Part shown: one piece after another, positions 23,578-30,510 of the stretch
How the letters are laid out: every line of letters starts with the position of its first letter
Numbering within the stretch: the first letter of the stretch is position 1
IMG/VR virus record: IMGVR_UViG_3300045988_155672
Location: 1-31,987 of that record
Source of the DNA: a virus
DNA: 31,987 nt
Strand: one strand, 5' to 3'
Position numbers and translations under genes: made by a program
Notes under the pieces: generated by a model
Seen by the model: the letters and a program-made list of their open reading frames with translations, nothing else
The model's database searches: none
What the model was told of the DNA's origin: nothing

Positions 23578-23632
23578 AGTTTTTGATTATTTATATATTT
23601 ATGTTTATAATATAGATATAAAAATAAAACTA

Positions 23633-24163
23633 ATGAGAAATAAAAGAATAGACGATTCATACGAAGAAACGGATTATGAATTAACAAAACAATTTTTTAA
23701 CGATAAGGGGTTCCGCTGTGAGATAGCTCCACTTTATTCCCTTTATGATTATATTGTAACAGGTAACGGTCAAACGTGGTATGTTGAAGCTAAATATAGG
23801 AATATAAGTTATTATAACGAATCTTTACGTCCATGGCTTATAAACAAACAAAAAGTGGAAAAATTACAAAAATTAGAGGGCAATGTGATTCTCTTCTACG
23901 CATTCCCTAACGATGGTAAGGTTCTCCTCTATAATATAAAATCCCTTAACACTTCCAAAACCTCAGCAGTAAAAATTAAACTCAACCCCTCTAATGCAAC
24001 AAAAGACGAAACTAATATTGAACTCCCTCTACCTACCAATAACCTAAGAGATTTTGAATGTGGTAAAAATTACAGTACAATATTAGAAAAAAAATTGATT
24101 AAATACTGTGTTGAAAATGATGTGATTAAAAAAGAAGTTAGTAGATGGGTGAGAAAAAAATAA
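23633..24163 (+). CDS. PD-(D/E)xK nuclease, Hjc/resolvase-like
   Basis: EETDYELTKQFFNDKGFRCEI...YDYIVTGNGQTWYVEAKYR shows an E...D...ExK arrangement like archaeal-type Holliday junction resolvases. The start is moved to ATG 23633 to avoid overlap with the minus-strand gene. Confidence 0.5.
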   Translation: MRNKRIDDSYEETDYELTKQFFNDKGFRCEIAPLYSLYDYIVTGNGQTWYVEAKYRNISYYNESLRPWLINKQKVEKLQKLEGNVILFYAFPNDGKVLLYNIKSLNTSKTSAVKIKLNPSNATKDETNIELPLPTNNLRDFECGKNYSTILEKKLIKYCVENDVIKKEVSRWVRKK

Positions 24164-24266
24164 AATGAAAAAAAATATCGAACCGATTAAACCTTTTATT
24201 TTGGAAGTTGTCAAAAGAGAAAACAAAACAAATTAAATAAATAACTAAATTAAAATTTTTAAAATT

Positions 24267-24731
24267 ATGGAAAAACAAGAAATTGTACCAATGCACATTA
24301 GAGAAGCAAAGTTTAACCTAAGCGATTACATGGTTAGAAGAAAAATCAAAGAGACTTATCAGAGAAAAGAAGATGATGGGTTAAGCATTAGAAGTATAAT
24401 AGACAAGATATGGTACTTCTATCCTGAGGCAGATATTACAGTTAAAAACGAAAATGAGATAATCGTTAACAGAGAGGGTAGAATAATCCCAAAATTCAAC
24501 AACTACTCTTATATGTCTCCTAATGAAGCTGACGAGGCTATTGAAAGAGATGATTATATGTATCAAGAGTTAATGGAGAGAAAAGTTGATACTCACATTG
24601 AAGAGGGATATGATTCAAGTAGAATTATGATGGACGAACTAATGGAAGCTATATGGTCAATAGAACCCCAAGCAGAGATTGATGTAATGGACTTAAATCA
24701 CTTAGTAGCTAAATATTCTTGGGAGGAATAA
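24267..24731 (+). CDS. acidic hypothetical protein
   Basis: 154 aa, D/E-rich, with an internal motif duplication (DKIWYFYPEADITV / EAIWSIEPQAEIDV). Confidence 0.4.
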   Translation: MEKQEIVPMHIREAKFNLSDYMVRRKIKETYQRKEDDGLSIRSIIDKIWYFYPEADITVKNENEIIVNREGRIIPKFNNYSYMSPNEADEAIERDDYMYQELMERKVDTHIEEGYDSSRIMMDELMEAIWSIEPQAEIDVMDLNHLVAKYSWEE

Positions 24732-24739
24732 CTGACTTG

Positions 24740-24776
24740 GAGATGGGGGATATAACACAGCCCCCACCTCTTTTTT
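24740..24776 (+). terminator. rho-independent terminator
   Basis: GAGATGGGGG pairs with CCCCCACCTC (one mismatch), followed by T6. Confidence 0.6.
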
Positions 24777-24798
24777 ATTTTTTAAGGAAATTTAATTT

Positions 24799-25227
24799 AT
24801 GATAGAGGGAAAACTGAAACTTTACGAATATATAAAAGCAAAAGGTGGAACATATCCTTGGCATCATTTTATTGTAGTTAATGATATTGAGTTAATAGAG
24901 GCGTTTGAAACCGATAGAAAAGAGATAATGAAGTGGAGAGGGGAATTGGAAGACGATGAATTATTAACTTATTATAAGGTGTTCAAATTAGATTATTGCT
25001 ACACATTATTCACTCAACCAATAGAAGAGGTGGAAGAAGATATAAACAATCTTGTAATAGGTAAAGATTATAAATTGGAAGTGATAGTTAAAATTAAAAA
25101 CCACATACAACAAATCCAAGACGACATACAAAAGTCAATGGAGATAGATAAATGGGTTAACGTTTTCACCAATAAGCCCTACCTAAAATCACTAAGATGG
25201 ATATTATACGATTATTTTAATAAATAA
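24799..25227 (+). CDS. hypothetical protein
   Basis: 142 aa ORF. No motif recognised. Confidence 0.4.
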   Translation: MIEGKLKLYEYIKAKGGTYPWHHFIVVNDIELIEAFETDRKEIMKWRGELEDDELLTYYKVFKLDYCYTLFTQPIEEVEEDINNLVIGKDYKLEVIVKIKNHIQQIQDDIQKSMEIDKWVNVFTNKPYLKSLRWILYDYFNK

Positions 25228-25273
25228 TTCTATATAACTTTTCTTTAATTTTAAATTTTTTTGTTTTACGAGG

Positions 25274-25303
25274 AGGATTCCAATTAGGAGTCCTCTTTTT
25301 TTA
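25274..25303 (+). terminator. conserved hairpin terminator, copy 4 of 4
   Basis: GAGGATTCC-AATTA-GGAGTCCTC followed by T7. Confidence 0.8.
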
Positions 25304-25314
25304 CACAGCTAAAT

Positions 25315-25341
25315 CATGAAAACACATAGAAGACTTCGTTG
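25315..25341 (+). promoter_or_regulatory. promoter-like motif, copy 6 of 6
   Basis: CATGAAAACACATAGAAGACTTCGTTG. The whole terminator-plus-motif module 25274-25345 is colinear with 2481-2555. Confidence 0.5.
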
Positions 25342-25379
25342 CTATAGCTATAAACTTTTTATAAATTAAATTTTTTATT

Positions 25380-26144
25380 ATGGTTAAAAAACAAAATTCA
25401 TCTAACTTTACTTTAGTTAGAAAAATGGAGAACTTTGACATCAACCAAAGAACCTCCGATGGAATGTTTAATGCAAGTTATTTGTTAAATCAATGGAACA
25501 GCGTGGGAGGTAACACGAGAAGAAGAATGGACAAGTATCTTAGTAGTTCAAGAACCCAAGAATTTATCCAAACTATCAAGGAAAAAGAGGGGATAATCGA
25601 GACTTCAAAAAACGGCGATTCCTGCAAATTAGCTGAATGGTCAAAAATGACCAATGTTGGAAATCAAGTAGTTACGAAATCCTACAATGATGGGGTAATT
25701 TGCTTCAAAAAAGGGCGAACATTAAAAGGTAAAGGAAGTACACCTGATGAATATTGGTTCCACCCATTCTTGTTTATCGACTTTGCCATGTACTTAAACC
25801 CAAAGTTCCAATATGACGTTATTAAATTCGTTTATGACAATTTAGTTAACTTGAGGGTTGACATAGCCAAAAGGTACAAAGCATGGACTTCAACGTTAAA
25901 GAGTGCAGGAGCTAAAGAACCTGAAGACTATCAACGTATAGCTAAATGTATGAACTATGTTGTATTCGGGAAGCATTTTGAGGGTATCAGAGACCACGCA
26001 ACAACAGAAGAGATAGCGGAGATGCAGAAACAGGAAGACTTCATTATTAAAAGTGTTGAATATGGACTCTTCACTACCCTTGAGCAAATCAGGGGTTATC
26101 TAAAAAAAGAGTATGATAAGAATAATAATCCAAGGTGTTTTTAA
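25380..26144 (+). CDS. KilA-N domain protein, paralogue 3
   Basis: Closely similar to 2578..3372 along its whole length, except for a replaced central segment (SKNGDSCKLAEWSKMTNVGNQ). Confidence 0.75.
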   Translation: MVKKQNSSNFTLVRKMENFDINQRTSDGMFNASYLLNQWNSVGGNTRRRMDKYLSSSRTQEFIQTIKEKEGIIETSKNGDSCKLAEWSKMTNVGNQVVTKSYNDGVICFKKGRTLKGKGSTPDEYWFHPFLFIDFAMYLNPKFQYDVIKFVYDNLVNLRVDIAKRYKAWTSTLKSAGAKEPEDYQRIAKCMNYVVFGKHFEGIRDHATTEEIAEMQKQEDFIIKSVEYGLFTTLEQIRGYLKKEYDKNNNPRCF

Positions 26145-26174
26145 CTAAAGAAAAATAATCTAAACCATGTGGAG

Positions 26175-26208
26175 AGAGAGATTCATTAGTTTGGGTCTCT
26201 CTTTTTTT
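26175..26208 (+). terminator. rho-independent terminator
   Basis: AGAGAGAT pairs with GTCTCTCT (one G-U pair), followed by T7. Confidence 0.6.
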
Positions 26209-26260
26209 ATATTGTTTTTTGTTTTAAGTAGCTATTTTATAGATAAATAGTTAAATAAAT

Positions 26261-27520
26261 ATGGAATATAATGGTTTACCTGTTTTTAATGCTTATTTAA
26301 CAAGTGATGATGAAGAGTTGTTATGTAATAGCTTGGTTGACGACCCTGCTGTATGTAAAGATTTTTTATTGTTTGCTAAGGATAAGAAAAAACAGTTGAT
26401 ATTTACGAATACGGAGCAACACATCGTAACAGGTGTAAGTATTTTAGCTGATACACCAATATACAGAGCAGATGAATATGGGGGGTATTATGTGGTATTT
26501 ACCAAGGAAGAGATTAAGAAGTTCGTAGAAAAATATAATAAAAAAGGTTATCAAAATCTAATATCACTTCAACACGATGGGAAGCCCCTTGATGGAATAA
26601 CTATGATAGAATCTTACTTCATTAACAAGGAGAGGGGAATATATCCAAAAGAATTTGAAGATTGCCCTGATGGTTCATGGATCACTTCTTACCATGTAGA
26701 TAATGAAGACCTATGGGAGTTATTAAAAACTGATAAGGTTAATGGATTTTCAATAGAGATAGTAGCAACGTTAAAACCAAAACCTGATGAAGAGTTGATG
26801 TACGATGACCCTGATTTAATAGATGACTTGATTGAATGGTTGGAGTTCGATGAGGTTAAAAAAAAAATAACAAGAGGGAATGTTAAAGATATTATAGATA
26901 GCAATAGGCAAGTTGATATAACGGTAGGGGAGCAAGTACTTCATAATCAACAGATATTCCAAATAGGTAAAGATAATGGTGGGAATGATGTGGTAGTAGT
27001 ATATGACCCAAATAAAACAACGTGGGATACAATAGAGTTAAAACAAATTAACAGTCTCACATTATTAGATACAGAATTAGAGAATTTTAACTTTAACCTA
27101 TCATGGAAGCAGATAATAAATAACCTCACAGAACTGACAATAACCGATACCAAGCCAACCTCTCAAAAAGGTAAGAACGATTTAAATTATATTATAGAAA
27201 ATAATTTATACACATTGATTTCTTATGATGATGAAGAGGAGGGAGCAGCAACAGGATTTAGGACTTGTTTTGTATCTTCTTGGGGATATACTGTTAAAGG
27301 TAATGAGTGTATAAGGATTTATGAATATTCAGGAGCAACAAGAACAGGTTTTCAAGATGGTAGGTGGAGATTATTATTAACGAGGAGGATTATGGACTTG
27401 AAAGCAGCTGATTATATGGACGCTATTAAAACAGCACCACCACTATATAACGGTGAATTAAAAGCAGGCAGTGGAATTAACGGAACTATGGAATCAGTAA
27501 TTAAAATTTCTAACTTATGA
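26261..27520 (+). CDS. XkdF-like putative prohead protease with a C-terminal extension
   Basis: The N-terminal ~175 aa (VTGVSILADTPIYRADEYGGYYVVFTKEEIKKFVEKY...SLQHDG...ESYFI...GFSIE) resemble the XkdF/S78-like phage protease family. The C-terminal half is unknown. Confidence 0.45.
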   Translation: MEYNGLPVFNAYLTSDDEELLCNSLVDDPAVCKDFLLFAKDKKKQLIFTNTEQHIVTGVSILADTPIYRADEYGGYYVVFTKEEIKKFVEKYNKKGYQNLISLQHDGKPLDGITMIESYFINKERGIYPKEFEDCPDGSWITSYHVDNEDLWELLKTDKVNGFSIEIVATLKPKPDEELMYDDPDLIDDLIEWLEFDEVKKKITRGNVKDIIDSNRQVDITVGEQVLHNQQIFQIGKDNGGNDVVVVYDPNKTTWDTIELKQINSLTLLDTELENFNFNLSWKQIINNLTELTITDTKPTSQKGKNDLNYIIENNLYTLISYDDEEEGAATGFRTCFVSSWGYTVKGNECIRIYEYSGATRTGFQDGRWRLLLTRRIMDLKAADYMDAIKTAPPLYNGELKAGSGINGTMESVIKISNL

Positions 27521-27993
27521 AAATAAATACTGAGACATGGGTAGAAGAATCCCCACATCTTTATGACTTGGGAAGAGATATTGCAAACGCTTATAAAAAC
27601 CAATTAAGAAAAGACGATGCAGTAGCCTCAGGTGATTTAGTTAATTTTAAGTGGGACATTGTTAATACACCCGATTCGTTAAAACTCCAATTCACTCTAC
27701 CCTTTTATTGGAAGTATATAGAAAATGGAAGAGGTCCAACAATTAGAAGTGGTAATGGTTCGTTAAGAAAATCAATAACCGAATGGATACAAGATAAAGG
27801 GATTGTAGTGCCCCCTAAAATGACGATAGAGCAACTTTCTTTTCTTATTAGTAGAAAAATACATAGAGAGGGATATGAGGGAAGAGAATGTCTAAAAAAG
27901 GCTAAAATTAAAAGTAAACCCTTAATAGAGGATTTTGTTAATACGATAGTAAAATTATATAATAACGATATTTATAAAGAGATAAATTTATGA
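27517..27993 (+). CDS. HK97 gp10-like virion morphogenesis/neck protein
   Basis: FYWKYIENGRGP...ISRKIHREG resembles the gp10-family core (yvEfGt). It overlaps both neighbours (ATGA). Confidence 0.4.
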   Translation: MKINTETWVEESPHLYDLGRDIANAYKNQLRKDDAVASGDLVNFKWDIVNTPDSLKLQFTLPFYWKYIENGRGPTIRSGNGSLRKSITEWIQDKGIVVPPKMTIEQLSFLISRKIHREGYEGRECLKKAKIKSKPLIEDFVNTIVKLYNNDIYKEINL

Positions 27994-28373
27994 GTGTAGA
28001 ACCATACGAAGTAGTTTACGCAAGATTACTAAACAGACAAGATACAGCGGAAGAGTGGAAAAACGTTAACCCTATACTTGAAAAAGGAGAATGGGGGTAT
28101 GACACTACCAATAATAAAATTAAATTAGGTGATGGAGTAACCGCTTGGAATGATTTAGCTTATTTTAGTGGAGAGGGTGGTGGAAGTGGAACTGAGTATA
28201 AACCAGGAACAGGTATTAAATTTACAAACGGTAATCAAATCAGTGTTAATGCAGACTTGAAGACTTTAACTTTTACTAATGGGATTATAGAGGTTAACAC
28301 TACCAATATAGCCACAGTGAATTATGTGGACGGTCTTGTAGGTAATATTTATAATACTCTTAAAACGATTTAA
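27990..28373 (+). CDS. short tail fibre protein with an Mtd/hyaluronidase-type N-terminal domain
   Basis: RQDTAEEWKNVNPILEKGEWGYDTTNNKIKLGDGVTAWNDLAYF matches the conserved tail-fibre N-terminal motif (W..NP.L..GE.G.DT...K.GDG.T.W..L). The same motif opens the 30511 ORF. Confidence 0.6.
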   Translation: MSVEPYEVVYARLLNRQDTAEEWKNVNPILEKGEWGYDTTNNKIKLGDGVTAWNDLAYFSGEGGGSGTEYKPGTGIKFTNGNQISVNADLKTLTFTNGIIEVNTTNIATVNYVDGLVGNIYNTLKTI

Positions 28374-28375
28374 CA

Positions 28376-29386
28376 ATGGCAATAGCAGAAGAAATAACGA
28401 GAATACAAACAGCAAAAACTGATATTAAAACGGTAGTAGCAAGTAAGGGAGTAACTATTCCTGATTCTGCTCTCATCAGTGAATATTCAACCTATATAAA
28501 TAATATTAACGTAAAGCCATGTAAAAAAATTCCTTTAAGAGAATTATGGTTGGAACGTATTGTTGATGATGATAAGGAAAATGCTGTTTTAACTATTACC
28601 AATTTTACTGATGGTAAAAACCTTGAGTATTCATTAGATGAAACCAATCAATGGAAAACCTATATAGATGGTGAGAAGATAACAATCAAACCTCATCAAA
28701 GAATTTACTTAAGAGGTGATAATCCTAAGGGGTTTAATAAAAGTTTTGAGACCGCTTCTGTTTTAACTGTTAATAAACCTCTTAAAGCAGGGGGTAATAT
28801 AATGTCCCTTATAAGTGCAAAAAATTTTAACGATATAACAGTCGTACCTGATTGGTCATTCACTTGCTTATTCCAAAATCAACTCAATATTAAAAGCGTA
28901 CCTGATTGCTCTAATATAATAGTAGTAGGTAGGAATGGTTTTGCTAATTGTTTTCAAAATTCAGGAGTAACAAAAGGGGGTAGCTTTACAAGTTTAACAG
29001 ATGCAAGCACTGATGCGTTCTCTTATGCGTTCTCAGGGTGTAATGATTTAGCTGAGGCTTGCGAGTTCCCTGTTTTAACTACTATTGCAAAAAATACATT
29101 CTATAATGCTTATGCAACTTGTCCTTTATTAAAAAACGGTGGTGATTATTCAAGCATAACCAAAATCGATGGAGAGGCTGCCTTTTACCAAGCATTCAGC
29201 GGAACTAATGTTACTATAATAAAAACTCCTAATATAACTGAATGGAATGAAAAATGCTTTACTGAATGGTTAACTAAAATACCCACATCAGGAGTAGTAC
29301 GTAAACCTGCTAAATTAACAATTCCGATAGATAGTGATAGTGGAGTTCCTACGGGTTGGACTGTCGAAAATTATGATGAAAACTAA
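28376..29386 (+). CDS. BspA-type LRR protein, receptor-binding candidate (paralogue 1)
   Basis: NLEYSLDETNQWKTY...IYLRGDN, Cys-containing LRR units, and the C-terminus SGVVRKPAKLTIPIDSDSGVPTGWTVENY shared with the other two paralogues. Confidence 0.65.
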   Translation: MAIAEEITRIQTAKTDIKTVVASKGVTIPDSALISEYSTYINNINVKPCKKIPLRELWLERIVDDDKENAVLTITNFTDGKNLEYSLDETNQWKTYIDGEKITIKPHQRIYLRGDNPKGFNKSFETASVLTVNKPLKAGGNIMSLISAKNFNDITVVPDWSFTCLFQNQLNIKSVPDCSNIIVVGRNGFANCFQNSGVTKGGSFTSLTDASTDAFSYAFSGCNDLAEACEFPVLTTIAKNTFYNAYATCPLLKNGGDYSSITKIDGEAAFYQAFSGTNVTIIKTPNITEWNEKCFTEWLTKIPTSGVVRKPAKLTIPIDSDSGVPTGWTVENYDEN

Positions 29387-29421
29387 ATATTAAGAATAAA
29401 TAATTTATATAAAAAAATATT

Positions 29422-30405
29422 ATGATTAAAAGTTATTATAAAGTTTATAGGGTGTTTCCTGACCCTGAATATGTATGGGTGAAGAATGAGAAGACAAGTG
29501 TTGTTCAGTTTAGTACAACTAATTATATGAACTCTCCAATTAACCTTGAGTACTCATTAGATAAAACAACATGGAACAACTACGATATGAGTAATAAGCC
29601 TACTGTAATAGTTCCTGCAGGTGGTTACATTTACTTAAGAGGTGTTAATACAGGGGTTACGTTTAATAGTGATTTACATTTTGGATTTAGTTTTGAAGAC
29701 TTCGGAATTAGTCAACCCTTTTCAACAGGTGGGGATATTAGAACACTGTTAAATTACCAAGACGTTAATTCGGTTACTAAAATCCCTGATTACGCTTTTT
29801 ATGACGTTTTTAGAAGTGGTGGTAATATAACTTCTTGTACTTGGGATATGAGTGGAATTACAGAAGTTGGTGCTAATGGATTCGATAGTTGTTTCGACGG
29901 TTGTAGTAATTTAACAACTGCACCTGACTTCTCTAATGTTACAAGTATTGGTGCTAAAGGATTCAATGCTTGTTTCAACGGTTGTAGTAATTTAACAACT
30001 ACACCTGACTTCTCTAATGTTACAAGTATTGAGTATGCTTCATTTAACTACTGTTTCACTCAATGTTCTTCCTTAACAATTCCACCTGACTTCTCTAAGA
30101 TTACAGGAGCTAAGTTTACTTCATTTAATAGTTGTTTCTATAAATGTATTAAATTAACTACTGCACCTGACTTCTCTAATATTACGAGTCTTGAGGGTGG
30201 AAGTACCTTCCTTAGCTGTTTCAAAGGTTGTTCTTCCCTTAACTTAGTAACTGCACCTAATATAACAACGTGGGATAATAATTATTTTACTGATTGGTTA
30301 GTTAACGTTGCTTCATCAGGAGTAGTACGTAAACCTGCTAAATTAACAATTCCAACAGATAGTACGAGTGGTGTTCCTACGGGTTGGACAACTGAGAACT
30401 ATTAA
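29422..30405 (+). CDS. BspA-type LRR protein, receptor-binding candidate (paralogue 2)
   Basis: Four to five FxxCFxGCSxLTTxPDFSN(V/I)TS units. It contains an 81-bp tandem duplication: 29899-29949 and 29980-30030 differ at one base. Confidence 0.7.
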   Translation: MIKSYYKVYRVFPDPEYVWVKNEKTSVVQFSTTNYMNSPINLEYSLDKTTWNNYDMSNKPTVIVPAGGYIYLRGVNTGVTFNSDLHFGFSFEDFGISQPFSTGGDIRTLLNYQDVNSVTKIPDYAFYDVFRSGGNITSCTWDMSGITEVGANGFDSCFDGCSNLTTAPDFSNVTSIGAKGFNACFNGCSNLTTTPDFSNVTSIEYASFNYCFTQCSSLTIPPDFSKITGAKFTSFNSCFYKCIKLTTAPDFSNITSLEGGSTFLSCFKGCSSLNLVTAPNITTWDNNYFTDWLVNVASSGVVRKPAKLTIPTDSTSGVPTGWTTENY

Positions 30406-30433
30406 AAAATTTAAGAGGTTATTATTTGATGAG

Positions 30434-30465
30434 AGCTACTTCTGAATAAGGGGTAGCTTTTTTTA
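30434..30465 (+). terminator. rho-independent terminator
   Basis: AGCTAC pairs with GTAGCT, followed by T8. Confidence 0.5.
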
Positions 30466-30510
30466 TAACTATTTTATTATAAATAACATAAATAAAAAAA
30501 ATATAAGATA

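Noticed and set aside
23546-23632. Upstream start (23546) of the Hjc-like nuclease ORF
   Set aside because: The first 29 codons (MNPSLIKKFFIVFDYLYIYVYNIDIKIKL) are translated A/T-rich spacer overlapping the minus-strand gene start. ATG 23633 is the more plausible start.
24165-24236. 22-codon micro-ORF (MKKNIEPIKPFILEVVKRENKTN) in the 24164-24266 spacer
   Set aside because: It is too short to support from sequence alone and has no conservation evidence available. Noted only.
27990-28373. Diversity-generating retroelement, suggested by the Mtd-like N-terminal tail fibre domains here and at 30511
   Set aside because: There is no reverse transcriptase, no template/variable repeat pair with adenine-specific differences, and no accessory Avd-like gene. 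The domain is simply a common fibre N-terminal module.
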